Below are positions 10,948 through 19,616 of a stretch of 32,000 nucleotides of DNA, in pieces. The notes beneath the pieces were generated by a model, which was given only the letters and a program-made list of their open reading frames with translations, searched no databases and had not been told where the DNA came from. The stretch lies in assembly GCF_900167395.1 (NCBI RefSeq), contig NZ_FUWK01000020.1:14327-46326 (forward strand), read 5' to 3'. The position numbers were made by a program, and so were the translations under genes. Origin of the DNA: Nitrosomonas europaea (GTDB taxonomy: Bacteria; Pseudomonadota; Gammaproteobacteria; Burkholderiales; Nitrosomonadaceae). Numbering within the stretch: position 1 is the first letter of the stretch; every line of letters starts with the position of its first letter.

Positions 10948-11841
10948 ATGACAGTCAATTCCAAACCGGCGATCATTATGAACCAGACACAGTTAAAAAT
11001 TCGTATCCACCTGGATCAATCAGCTGATCATCCGAAGATTGAACAAAATTTACCGGAATTGCCGGAGGAGTCCGTATTTCCCCCGCTCCCTCCGGTATAT
11101 GAATATAACTGGCCAAGGATCATCGGCGCAGGACTGGTACTGTTGTTTGTACTGATAACCAGTATCTGGATCGCTGCAGATTGGTTGTCTGATGATGAGA
11201 AACTCGAAACGAGTTCCACGGAAATATCATTATCAGCTGTGTCCCCTGCCAGTTCTGAAACACCCTCCACTGAACCGGTACCATTGCTGCCATCTGTCGG
11301 ATTCTCGTCAGATCAACCGTCTGAAAACAATCCGGCAATCGGGAATGTACCTGATGGAGATATTGGATCTGATCAGGCCGTGCAAGCGCCTGATCCACAG
11401 CCACAACGAGCTGCTCCATCTGCATCGGCCCCTCCGGTCAAACCTGGAATCAAACCGGACATCACTATTCCTCAGGCAAAAACGAAAAACGTCTCACAAG
11501 GAAGCAATCATTCTTCCGGCCTGATCAAAGCACAATTGACTTCGAATATCCGGCAACGACAACCGGTCGATAATATCAATCAGATTTCGCTGGGTAGCAA
11601 ATCGAGCAGACCGATTTTCCTTTTTCTGCATCTGAACAAATTCAGAGGCGAGAAAATATTGATCAACTGGTACTATCGGGATCAGTCCATTGCCAGAATC
11701 GTTCTACCGGTCGGTAATAATGACTGGCGCACCTATTCCAGCAAGGTGCTCAACCGGAACAGGCTGGGTCCGTGGCATGTCACTGCCTCGGATCAGGCAG
11801 GAAACCTGCTGGCTGAATTCAAATTCAGAGTGACTCGTTAA
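10948..11841 (+). CDS. membrane-anchored protein with a Pro/Ser-rich linker and a C-terminal DUF2914-like domain
   Basis: 297 aa with one TM (IIGAGLVLLFVLITSIWIAA) and a low-complexity P/S-rich middle. The C-terminus (IFLFLHLNKFRGEKILINWYYRDQSIARIVLPVGNNDWRTYSSK...GPWHVTASDQAGNLL) matches my recollection of DUF2914. Alternative start at MNQTQ (10978). Confidence 0.6.
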   Translation: MTVNSKPAIIMNQTQLKIRIHLDQSADHPKIEQNLPELPEESVFPPLPPVYEYNWPRIIGAGLVLLFVLITSIWIAADWLSDDEKLETSSTEISLSAVSPASSETPSTEPVPLLPSVGFSSDQPSENNPAIGNVPDGDIGSDQAVQAPDPQPQRAAPSASAPPVKPGIKPDITIPQAKTKNVSQGSNHSSGLIKAQLTSNIRQRQPVDNINQISLGSKSSRPIFLFLHLNKFRGEKILINWYYRDQSIARIVLPVGNNDWRTYSSKVLNRNRLGPWHVTASDQAGNLLAEFKFRVTR

Positions 11842-11857
11842 TCTGACCTTTCAAGGT

Positions 11858-12415
11858 ATGAAATTTTGCAGTCAATGTGGCGGCGAAGTTATTTTACGTA
11901 TCCCGGAAGGTGACACACTACCCCGGTATATATGTCCGAAATGCCACACTATCCATTACCAGAATCCCAAAGTGATCGTCGGCTGCATCCCTGAATGGGA
12001 AAACAAAGTTCTATTGTGTAAACGTGCTATTGCACCTTATCGGGGCAAATGGACATTGCCTGCGGGGTTCATGGAAAACAATGAAACGCTGGTACAAGGT
12101 GCAGCAAGAGAAACGCTGGAAGAAGCGAATGCCAGAGTGGAAATTCGTGAACTCTACGCGGTTTACAGCCTGCCACATATCAGTCAGGTCTACATGTTGT
12201 TCCGGGCAAAATTACTGGATCTCGATTTCTTTCCGGGAATCGAAAGTCTGGAAGTCAGGCTTTTTGGAGAACAGGAAATCCCCTGGAATGACATTGCTTT
12301 CCGTGTAATACATGATCCCTTGAAACGTTATATGGAAGAGCGACATCATGGACAACCCGCCTTTCACCTTGGCATCATCAATAAACCTCAGGCAGGTAGT
12401 AATTCGAATGAATGA
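11858..12415 (+). CDS. NUDIX hydrolase with N-terminal zinc ribbon
   Basis: 185 aa. CxxC...CxxC ribbon (CSQCGG...CPKCH). Nudix box GFMENNETLVQGAARETLEEANA. Confidence 0.85.
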   Translation: MKFCSQCGGEVILRIPEGDTLPRYICPKCHTIHYQNPKVIVGCIPEWENKVLLCKRAIAPYRGKWTLPAGFMENNETLVQGAARETLEEANARVEIRELYAVYSLPHISQVYMLFRAKLLDLDFFPGIESLEVRLFGEQEIPWNDIAFRVIHDPLKRYMEERHHGQPAFHLGIINKPQAGSNSNE

Positions 12416-12442
12416 ATTACCGATAACCTTTCTTGTGATTGG

Positions 12443-12468
12443 ATGCTGTCCCTTCCACAGCATTTTTC
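12443..12468 (+). terminator. rho-independent terminator after the NUDIX gene
   Basis: 7-bp stem ATGCTGT/ACAGCAT (12443..12449 and 12457..12463) with a 7-nt loop, running into a T5 tract. Confidence 0.55.
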
Positions 12469-12520
12469 AGAAAAAGCTTGAATTTTTTGTGTTGCCGATA
12501 GCGATGCAGAAATTTACCAT

Positions 12521-12549
12521 TTGACTTAAAACAGTATTTTCCTTATAAT
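12521..12549 (+). promoter_or_regulatory. sigma-70 promoter of the initiator tRNA gene
   Basis: TTGACT (12521..12526), a 17-nt spacer, then the perfect -10 TATAAT (12544..12549). It lies 12 nt upstream of the mature tRNA 5' end. Confidence 0.6.
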
Positions 12550-12561
12550 GTTTGGCTCAGT

Positions 12562-12638
<77 letters not shown>

Positions 12639-12713
12639 GCTTATCTTTGCAAAGTTCCATGTAGTTCCCCGGTAAGAATTCAGATTTATGGGATGAAGTC
12701 AGTTATCCTGTTT

Positions 12714-12899
12714 CTATCCGGCAAAATTTCGAATCTTCCCACCAGTCATATTTCTGCTGACTGATCCAGTTACCACTTTGGCTTGTTGCTGCAGTGAAGA
12801 ATCATCATCACTAGCCTTACTGCCTCCGCCAAACATTCCAGCAAAGCTACCATGCAGATCTGGCGTATTCAGATTCAGCAACCCTATCTTTTCAAGCAT
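12714..12899 (-). CDS. questionable small ORF (61 aa), no recognisable family
   Basis: Open frame only, with no clear Shine-Dalgarno. Gly/Ser/Asp-rich and not clearly protein-like. Overlaps the end of an upstream 53-codon ORF by 16 nt. Confidence 0.15.
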   Translation of the reverse strand: MLEKIGLLNLNTPDLHGSFAGMFGGGSKASDDDSSLQQQAKVVTGSVSRNMTGGKIRNFAG

Positions 12900-13045
12900 G
12901 AGTACAATCTACCAATCAGATTTCCAAGCAGGTCTGCTGCCACAGTGCTGATTTCTTCCCCGCCGGGAGAAATTCGCAGTGCTTCAACTTCTTCCTTGCC
13001 CGAGGCAGTGTATTCACCATGGAAACGGAGTATGAAAAAGTCCAT
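12884..13045 (-). CDS. questionable small ORF (53 aa, MDFFILRFHGEYTASGKEEVEALRISPGGEEISTVAADLLGNLIGRLYSCLKR), not in the supplied track
   Basis: Hand translation of the minus strand. ATG at 13045..13043 and TAG at 12886..12884. Its stop overlaps the start of the 61-aa ORF. No SD and no recognisable family. Confidence 0.15.
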   Translation of the reverse strand: MDFFILRFHGEYTASGKEEVEALRISPGGEEISTVAADLLGNLIGRLYSCLKR

Positions 13046-13187
13046 ATTGTCGGGCTGACCGAATCTACATACTTTTAGAAATACAATGCAGTCGTTCAGA
13101 TAAAAGAAATCAGGAAAATCATCCCGACAAAATAGAGAACTGCGGAAATACCGGAATGGCAGAACCAGATGTAAATATCTGATTTAT

Positions 13188-13263
13188 TGGCTCCCCGACC
13201 AGGGCTCGAACCTGGGACCTGCGGATTAACAGTCCGTCGCTCTACCGACTGAGCTATCGGGGA
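13188..13263 (-). tRNA. tRNA-Asn (anticodon GTT)
   Basis: The reverse complement reads TCCCCGATAGCTCAGTCGGTAGAGCGACGGACTGTTAATCCGCAGGTCCCAGGTTCGAGCCCTGGTCGGGGAGCCA. It has a 7-bp acceptor stem, the anticodon loop CTGTTAA, a T-loop GGTTCGAGCC, and an encoded CCA. Confidence 0.95.
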
Positions 13264-13293
13264 ATATGTTGTGGTAACTGCTACAAGCGCGGT

Positions 13294-13322
13294 ATGTTAG
13301 ACTTTTATGCTGTGCCGGTCAA
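13294..13322 (-). promoter_or_regulatory. candidate sigma-70 promoter of tRNA-Asn
   Basis: On the minus strand: TTGACC (13322..13317), a 17-nt spacer, TAACAT (13299..13294), then the GC-rich discriminator ACCGCGC. About 30 nt upstream of the tRNA 5' end. Confidence 0.35.
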
Positions 13323-13434
13323 CTTTTCTCGTAGCCAGTTACGGAATCAATGATATCGTCAGCCAGATCAGATTGTTTTTTTAAATAACACAGATAAAAC
13401 TGCCTTTTTTATCACTGGAAAGAATCCTGTCTGC

Positions 13435-13704
13435 ATGAGAAAAAAATCATCATCGAACAAAGAAGAAACAGCATTACATCCGCCACCGGAAAATTTTGAA
13501 ACAGCCACGGCCGAACTGGAACAGATCGTAGCCGGCATGGAAACCGGGCAAATGTCTCTGGAAGATGCGCTTTCTGCGTACAAACGCGGGGTGGAATTGT
13601 TACAATACTGCCAAAATATACTGAAAAATTCGCAACAACAGATAAAAATACTTGAGGCGGATATGCTGAAACACTTCTCACCTGCTGAGCACGATGCATC
13701 CTGA
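13435..13704 (+). CDS. xseB: exodeoxyribonuclease VII small subunit
   Basis: 89 aa. Conserved core FETATAELEQIVAGMETGQMSLEDALSAYKRGVELLQYCQ. First gene of the conserved xseB-ispA-dxs operon. Confidence 0.9.
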   Translation: MRKKSSSNKEETALHPPPENFETATAELEQIVAGMETGQMSLEDALSAYKRGVELLQYCQNILKNSQQQIKILEADMLKHFSPAEHDAS

Positions 13705-14587
13705 TTTCCAGTCATGGGCAAGCGAACAGCTTGCTCTGGTTGAAACCTGTCTGGAAAAACATCTTCCGGAGACCAATTGTGCTCCGGCACGTTTGCATGA
13801 TGCAATGCGATATTCCGTGCTGGGCGGAGGTAAACGGGTACGACCGCTGCTGTCGTTTGCGGCCGGAGAATTGAGTGGCGCAGATAAAACACACGCCACC
13901 ATTGCCGGTGCGGCAGTGGAACTGATTCATGTCTACTCCCTGGTACATGATGATCTGCCCTGCATGGATAACGATACACTGCGACGCGGCAAACCAACCT
14001 GCCATGTCAGATATGATGAACCTACCGCCCTGCTGGTGGGTGACAGCCTGCAAAGCCTGGCTTTTCAGTTATTGACGGAAACTAATCTGACTGAAGACCC
14101 ACATGTCCAACTCGAAATGGTTCGACATCTTGCATTTGCAGCCGGATCCCGAGGTATGGCGGGCGGACAGGCAATAGATCTGGACAGCGTAGGTAAAACA
14201 CTGAGCCTGCCGGAACTCGAATTTATGCATATTCACAAGACCGGCGCGCTGATTCGGGCTGCAGTCATACTGGGCGCCCGCTGTGGCAACAGACTGGATG
14301 AGACACAATTCAAGCTGCTGGATCATTTTGCCAAATGCATGGGGCTTGCGTTCCAGGTAATAGATGACATCCTCGATACAGAAGCCACCACTGCCGCGCT
14401 GGGTAAAACAGCTGGAAAGGATGCAGAAAACAATAAACCCACCTATGTTAGTATACTGGGCATCAAACAAGCACGAGAACTTGCCCACGAGCTCCGGCAG
14501 GAGGCCACCGGGGTATTGAATCAGTTTGGATCCGAGGCCCTGCGTTTGCAGCAGGTCACTGATTTCATTGTACAGCGTGAGTTTTGA
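13694..14587 (+). CDS. ispA: (2E,6E)-farnesyl diphosphate synthase
   Basis: 297 aa. First Asp-rich motif DDLPCMDNDTLRRGKPT and second motif FQVIDDILD. Overlaps xseB by 11 nt. Confidence 0.93.
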   Translation: MHPDFQSWASEQLALVETCLEKHLPETNCAPARLHDAMRYSVLGGGKRVRPLLSFAAGELSGADKTHATIAGAAVELIHVYSLVHDDLPCMDNDTLRRGKPTCHVRYDEPTALLVGDSLQSLAFQLLTETNLTEDPHVQLEMVRHLAFAAGSRGMAGGQAIDLDSVGKTLSLPELEFMHIHKTGALIRAAVILGARCGNRLDETQFKLLDHFAKCMGLAFQVIDDILDTEATTAALGKTAGKDAENNKPTYVSILGIKQARELAHELRQEATGVLNQFGSEALRLQQVTDFIVQREF

Positions 14588-14644
14588 TCTTACGCTGCCA
14601 ACCTGTAAGTCGTTCATTTTAAGCTACACATCTTTTAAATCTGC

Positions 14645-16489
14645 ATGTATCCATTACTTGATCGCATTGAGATACCCGCACAGCTACGTACACTGAAACG
14701 CAATCAACTGCCGCAGTTAGCGGATGAATTACGTAATTTTCTGGTTGAATCCGTGGCAGGCACAGGCGGGCATTTATCTTCTAATCTCGGGACGGTCGAA
14801 CTGACCATTGCACTGCACTATGTGTTTGATACACCCTTTGATCGTCTGATCTGGGATGTCGGACATCAGACTTATGCTCATAAAATCCTCACTGGCCGGC
14901 GTACAGGAATGGCTCGTCTGCGCATGCAGGGAGGAATTGCCGGCTTTCCCAGACGGGATGAAAGCGAATACGATGCTTTTGGCACCGCACATTCCAGCAC
15001 CTCCATAAGTGCAGCACTCGGCATGGCAGTCGCCGCACGGCTCAAAGGCGTAAAGCAGCATGCAATTGCCGTGATTGGTGATGGTGCAATGAGTGCAGGT
15101 ATGGCTTTTGAAGCACTGAACAATGCCGGCGTAATGGATGCCAATCTGCTGGTTATTCTGAACGATAATGATATGTCCATTTCCCCTCCTGTAGGGGCGC
15201 TCAACAATTATCTGGCCAAACTGATGTCCGGTCGTTTCTATGCTACTGCCAGACGCGCAGGCGAGAAAATGCTGGGTGTGGTTCCTCCTGTTTTGGAGCT
15301 GGCAAAACGAGCCGAAGAACATGTCAAAGGTATGGTAACGCCCAGCACACTATTCGAAGAATTCGGCTTCAATTACATCGGTCCGATAGATGGTCACGAT
15401 CTGGATATCTTGCTGACCACGCTGAACAATATCAAGCAACTCGATGGCCCGCAGTTTCTACATGTCGTCACCCGTAAAGGCAAGGGTTATAAACAGGCAG
15501 AAGAAGATCCGATTCTCTACCATGGAGTCGGAAAATTTCAACCGGATCAGGGTATTGTATCGAAACCTTCTGCCAAACTGGCTTACACGCAGATATTCGG
15601 TGACTGGTTATGTGACATGGCAGCAAAAGATTCACGTCTGATTGGTATCACTCCTGCCATGAGAGAAGGCTCCGGACTCGTTCGTTTTTCGAAAGAGTAC
15701 CCGGATCGCTATTTCGATGTAGGGATCGCAGAGCAGCATGCCGTGACATTTGCCGCAGGTGCAGCTTGCGAAGGATTGAAACCGGTCGTGGCAATTTACT
15801 CGACCTTCCTGCAACGTGCTTACGATCAGCTGATCCACGATGTTGCCATTCAGAATCTGCCGGTTGTTTTTGCAATCGACCGTGCCGGGCTGGTGGGTGC
15901 AGATGGACCGACACATGCCGGCAGTTTCGATCTGAGTTACCTGCGCTGCATTCCCAATATTACGGTCATGACGCCCGCCGATGAAAACGAGTGCCGTCAG
16001 ATGCTCTACACTGCCTTCCAACTCGATACCCCTGCTGCCGTTCGCTATCCACGCGGCTCAGGTCCCGGTGTACAGATCCAGCAGGAAATGCAGACCATCC
16101 CGCTGGGTAAAGGTGAAATCCGCCGACAGGGTAAGCAGATTGCACTGCTGGCATTCGGCAGCATGCTGACCCCCTGTCTCGAAGCGGGAGATGAACTAGA
16201 TGCCACGGTAGTAAATATGCGTTTTGTCAAACCGTTGGATCAAGAGCTGGTTGCAACCCTTGCTGCCGAACATGAATTACTGGTTACCATTGAAGAAAAC
16301 ACCATCATGGGAGGCGCTGGCAGTGCAGTCATGGAAAGTCTTTCCAGTCTGGATAAAAACGTCAGACTGCTGCAACTCGGCTTGCCAGACAGCTTCATCG
16401 ATCAGGGTGATCCCGCACACATGCTATCCGACTGCGGACTGGATAAGGCCGGCATTATCCAGTCGATAAAAGAAAGGTTCTCTTTATAA
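14645..16489 (+). CDS. dxs: 1-deoxy-D-xylulose-5-phosphate synthase
   Basis: 614 aa. ThDP motif [18 protein letters not shown]...NDN, a transketolase-like pyrimidine-binding region and the C-terminal domains. Follows ispA. Confidence 0.97.
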   Translation: MYPLLDRIEIPAQLRTLKRNQLPQLADELRNFLVESVAGTGGHLSSNLGTVELTIALHYVFDTPFDRLIWDVGHQTYAHKILTGRRTGMARLRMQGGIAGFPRRDESEYDAFGTAHSSTSISAALGMAVAARLKGVKQHAIAVIGDGAMSAGMAFEALNNAGVMDANLLVILNDNDMSISPPVGALNNYLAKLMSGRFYATARRAGEKMLGVVPPVLELAKRAEEHVKGMVTPSTLFEEFGFNYIGPIDGHDLDILLTTLNNIKQLDGPQFLHVVTRKGKGYKQAEEDPILYHGVGKFQPDQGIVSKPSAKLAYTQIFGDWLCDMAAKDSRLIGITPAMREGSGLVRFSKEYPDRYFDVGIAEQHAVTFAAGAACEGLKPVVAIYSTFLQRAYDQLIHDVAIQNLPVVFAIDRAGLVGADGPTHAGSFDLSYLRCIPNITVMTPADENECRQMLYTAFQLDTPAAVRYPRGSGPGVQIQQEMQTIPLGKGEIRRQGKQIALLAFGSMLTPCLEAGDELDATVVNMRFVKPLDQELVATLAAEHELLVTIEENTIMGGAGSAVMESLSSLDKNVRLLQLGLPDSFIDQGDPAHMLSDCGLDKAGIIQSIKERFSL

Positions 16490-16515
16490 TGTCACTAATG
16501 TCATACATCGCAGCG

Positions 16516-16948
16516 TTAGGCCGCTAGGGAGGCCATCGTGGATCTTGCGCAAAAATCAGATGCAGAAATCTTGGCTGTAGCGACTCCCATCATGGACAAC
16601 CTGATGGATGCTTCCACGGCTATCGACTACGAGCGTCATACTCGTGACTTCACGGAACGGGCCAGAAGTGTTCTGTCCGAAGAGTCGCTTCAGTCAATCT
16701 GCGAGCACTATCAAAGCACCAAAGGGTTCTTTGCCAAACGCGAATTTGTGGCAGCTTTCAGGCGCCCCGACTCTGTGGCTATCGTCTGGCGTCAGCAGTT
16801 CACTAAGCAACCGGGGGAGTTCGTAGCCGAGCTAATCTTGGTGCAACAAGGCGGCAAGTATCTCGTTGACCATGTGATGGTCTTCTAGTACGCGGCCTAA
16901 CAATTCATTCAAGCCGACACCGCTTCGCGGCGCGGCTGAATTCAGGCG
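16516..16948 (+). mobile_element. solitary integron gene cassette (one ORF plus attC) inserted at a secondary site
   Basis: The left junction reads gcagcG|TTAGGC (core GTTAGGC at 16515..16521). A single ORF follows. The inverse core GCCTAAC (16895..16901) lies 6 nt after the stop codon. The imperfect palindrome ends ...TTCAGGCG|ATAAAC, with the junction G at 16948. Joining right end to left end recreates a complete attC whose R'' GCCTAAC and R' GTTAGGC are exact inverse repeats. Confidence 0.7.
16538..16888 (+). CDS. cassette-borne hypothetical protein, 116 aa, function unknown
   Basis: GTG start preceded by GGGAGG (16527..16532) at a 5-nt spacing. The composition is protein-like and ends ...FVAELILVQQGGKYLVDHVMVF. 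I recognise no family. Confidence 0.7.
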   Translation: MDLAQKSDAEILAVATPIMDNLMDASTAIDYERHTRDFTERARSVLSEESLQSICEHYQSTKGFFAKREFVAAFRRPDSVAIVWRQQFTKQPGEFVAELILVQQGGKYLVDHVMVF

Positions 16949-16954
16949 ATAAAC
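16895..16954 (+). other. attC (59-base element) recombination site, aadA-type, with R' replaced by target DNA
   Basis: GCCTAACAATTCATTCAAGCCGACACCGCTTCGCGGCGCGGCTGAATTCAGGCG|ATAAAC. Internal pairing includes CCGC-TTC-GCGG and GCCG/CGGC. TTCAAGCC pairs with GGCTGAA with one extrahelical base. It differs at only a handful of positions from the aadA1 attC as I remember it (GTCTAACAATTCGTTCAAGCCGACGCCGCTTCGCGGCGCGGCTTAACTCAAGCGTTAGAT). Confidence 0.75.
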
Positions 16955-16981
16955 GACAACACTGACCGAATGTCGTTTTTC
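16951..16981 (+). terminator. candidate rho-independent terminator, probably the original dxs terminator now displaced by the cassette
   Basis: 8-bp stem AAACGACA/TGTCGTTT (16951..16958 and 16971..16978) with a 12-nt loop and a trailing T run. The stem is A/T-rich and the loop is long, so this is only moderate. Confidence 0.4.
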
Positions 16982-17083
16982 ACTGTCTGATTCAATGATC
17001 TCTCGTTACCCGGAATAGAGCGGGTATTCAAACGGCAATCAGCCGGCGTTGATCCTGGATCAGTTTTACAGGAAGGAGTTTTT

Positions 17084-17890
17084 ATGAACAAACAGATCGA
17101 TCTACCCATTGCTGATGTACAAGGCTCGTTGGACACAAGACATATTGCCATCGACAGAGTAGGAATCAAAGCGATCCGGCATCCTGTCGTGGTGGCAGAT
17201 AAAGGCGGTGGCTCCCAGCATACCGTGGCGCAATTCAATATGTACGTCAATCTGCCCCACAACTTCAAGGGAACCCACATGTCTCGCTTTGTCGAGATAC
17301 TGAACAGTCACGAGCGCGAGATTTCGGTCGAATCGTTCGAGGAAATCCTGCGTTCCATGGTCAGCAGACTGGAATCGGATTCCGGACATATCGAAATGGC
17401 CTTCCCTTACTTCATCAATAAATCTGCACCTGTCTCGGGTGTAAAAAGCCTGCTGGACTACGAAGTGACATTTATCGGTGAGATCAAACACGGCAATCAA
17501 TATAGTTTTACCATGAAGGTAATCGTCCCTGTTACCAGCCTGTGCCCCTGCTCCAAAAAAATATCCGACTACGGTGCACACAACCAGCGTTCACATGTCA
17601 CGATTTCGGTGCGTACCAATAGTTTCATCTGGATCGAGGACATCATCAGAATCGCGGAAGAGCAGGCCTCATGCGAACTGTACGGCCTGCTGAAACGCCC
17701 GGATGAAAAATATGTTACGGAAAGAGCTTACAACAATCCGAAATTTGTCGAAGATATCGTCCGCGATGTGGCCGAAGTACTCAACCACGATGACCGTATA
17801 GACGCCTATATCGTTGAATCAGAAAATTTCGAATCCATACACAACCACTCTGCCTACGCATTGATCGAACGAGACAAAAGAATACGATAA
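17084..17890 (+). CDS. folE2: GTP cyclohydrolase IB (FolE2 type)
   Basis: 268 aa. Typical FolE2 N-terminus ([23 protein letters not shown]), GTHMSRF and the Cys motif SLCPCSK. AGGAGT Shine-Dalgarno upstream. Confidence 0.92.
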
Positions 17891-18177
17891 GCAGAATTAC
17901 CTCATCAAACGAAGTAATTCCGGGACGGCAAAGGTCAATGTGCCCTGCCCGGAGTTATTTCTCTGACATTCGACAAGCCAGTCAACCCAGAGTCTTTGTT
18001 TTCCAGATAAAACGCATATAACTGTCTGCTTACTAAGCGTACTGATACAAATTACTCTTTTACAACCTCACGCCTTTTCCCTGCCATAACGAGTTGTATA
18101 AGACTGCAGATTTCTTTGTGCCTACTCATTGTCGTGATAACCTTTCACGCTTTTCAGAATTCAGACAATAAACTGCC

Positions 18178-18792
18178 ATGCAACAAGATCACAACAAAAT
18201 TTCTTCGGCACGAATACCTGCAATTGCTTATTTTCTGTTTCTTTCCCGCTGGCTGCAGTTACCTTTGTATCTCGGGCTGGTATTGGCACAGTGTGTCTAT
18301 GTGTACCATTTCTGGGTCGAACTGGTTGATTTGATTGGTTCAGTTTTTGGTAATCAGAGCGCTTTACAACATACCCTTGAGATGGTGACGGTCAAAGGTG
18401 CAGAAAGTAGTGGAAAGCTGACTGAGACCACCATCATGCTGGTAGTACTGGGTTTGATCGATGTGGTCATGATTTCGAACTTGCTCATCATGGTGATCAT
18501 CGGCGGATATGAAACCTTCGTCTCACGCATGAATCTCGAAGGCCATCCCGATCAGCCGGAATGGCTGTCACATGTCAATGCCTCAGTATTGAAGGTCAAG
18601 CTGGCAACTGCCATCATCGGCATTTCATCGATCCATCTACTGAAAACATTTATCAATGCTACTGCTTACGACGAGAAAACACTGATTGCGCAAACAGTCA
18701 TTCATCTGGCATTTCTGCTTTCTGCACTTGCAATTGCCTATTGTGACCGGATCATTTCGCGAACCATCCATCATGCTGATGAGCATGAATGA
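18178..18792 (+). CDS. UPF0114 / YqhA-family inner-membrane protein
   Basis: 204 aa and multi-TM. N-terminal pattern FLSRWLQLPLYLGLVLAQCVYVYHFWVEL is typical of the TIGR00645/YqhA family. Confidence 0.8.
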   Translation: MQQDHNKISSARIPAIAYFLFLSRWLQLPLYLGLVLAQCVYVYHFWVELVDLIGSVFGNQSALQHTLEMVTVKGAESSGKLTETTIMLVVLGLIDVVMISNLLIMVIIGGYETFVSRMNLEGHPDQPEWLSHVNASVLKVKLATAIIGISSIHLLKTFINATAYDEKTLIAQTVIHLAFLLSALAIAYCDRIISRTIHHADEHE

Positions 18793-18815
18793 GCAGAAAA
18801 TGTAAAAAAATGATC

Positions 18816-19556
18816 CTAAAGATTGATACTGCGCCCGCCATCGACGGCGATGATCTGCCCGGTAATAAATGGTGCATCTTCGATCAGGAAGCTGACCGTT
18901 CGTGCAATATCATCCGGTTCCCCCATGCGTTTGAGCAGTGTTCTGTCGATGATATGCCTGCGTGCCGTTTCATCCTGCCATTCACCCGTTTCCGGCCAGA
19001 GAATCGGCCCGGGTGAGATACCGTTGACACGGACTTCCGGAGCAAGCTCCATGGCCAGGGAACGTGTCAGAGCAGCCAGCCCGCCTTTGGCTGCATTGTA
19101 GATCACGTAGCGTTTGAGAGGCTGCTCGGTATGAATATCAATGATATTGACAATGCACCCTCGATTCTTTTTCAAATAGGGTGCGACTGCCTGCGACAGA
19201 AACAAAGGAGCCTTCAGATTGCTGCCCACCAGATCATGCCAGGCTTGTTCGGTACAGTCACCAACAGGCGTCGGAAAAAAGCTGGAGGCATTATTGACCA
19301 GTGCATCCAGCCGCCCAAACTGCCGGGCTGCCTGATCGACCAGCGCCGGGATCCCGCCAGTATCCAGTAAATCAGCCTGCAGCAGCGCGACTGAATCCGG
19401 GTGTCCCTGTTCAAGCTCCTGTTTCAGCCGTTGTGCATCAGCAGATGAATCACGATAATGAACCACGAGCCTGGCGCCTTTGCGGTGCAGCCATCGGCAA
19501 ATGGCTGCCCCCACCCGCCGCGCACCGCCAGTCACCAGAATTACTTTATCTTTCAC
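18816..19556 (-). CDS. short-chain dehydrogenase/reductase, pteridine reductase (PTR1/FolM)-like
   Basis: 246 aa. Cofactor motif TGGARRVG, catalytic YNAAK, and an overall resemblance to proteins annotated as pteridine reductase. Confidence 0.75.
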   Translation of the reverse strand: MKDKVILVTGGARRVGAAICRWLHRKGARLVVHYRDSSADAQRLKQELEQGHPDSVALLQADLLDTGGIPALVDQAARQFGRLDALVNNASSFFPTPVGDCTEQAWHDLVGSNLKAPLFLSQAVAPYLKKNRGCIVNIIDIHTEQPLKRYVIYNAAKGGLAALTRSLAMELAPEVRVNGISPGPILWPETGEWQDETARRHIIDRTLLKRMGEPDDIARTVSFLIEDAPFITGQIIAVDGGRSINL

Positions 19557-19616
19557 AAAGATCCTTTCTGTTTACGCTACACTTCAGTGCTGCACAATCT
19601 ACCATAAACCTTTTTA

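Noticed and set aside
13296-13302. GTTAGAC heptamer here, and GTTAGAT at 31737..31743, matching the integron core GTTRRRY.
   Set aside because: Such heptamers occur by chance about once per kb per strand. Neither has an adjacent inverse core or an attC-like palindrome.
13368-13997. 209-aa minus-strand ORF spanning xseB and the start of ispA.
   Set aside because: It overlaps two well-supported genes on the opposite strand, and no family is recognisable.
16982-17083. Possible riboswitch or Zur operator in the folE2 leader.
   Set aside because: Only short hairpins are present (ACCCG/CGGGT and GATCC/GGATC). There is no resemblance to any riboswitch class or Zur box I know.
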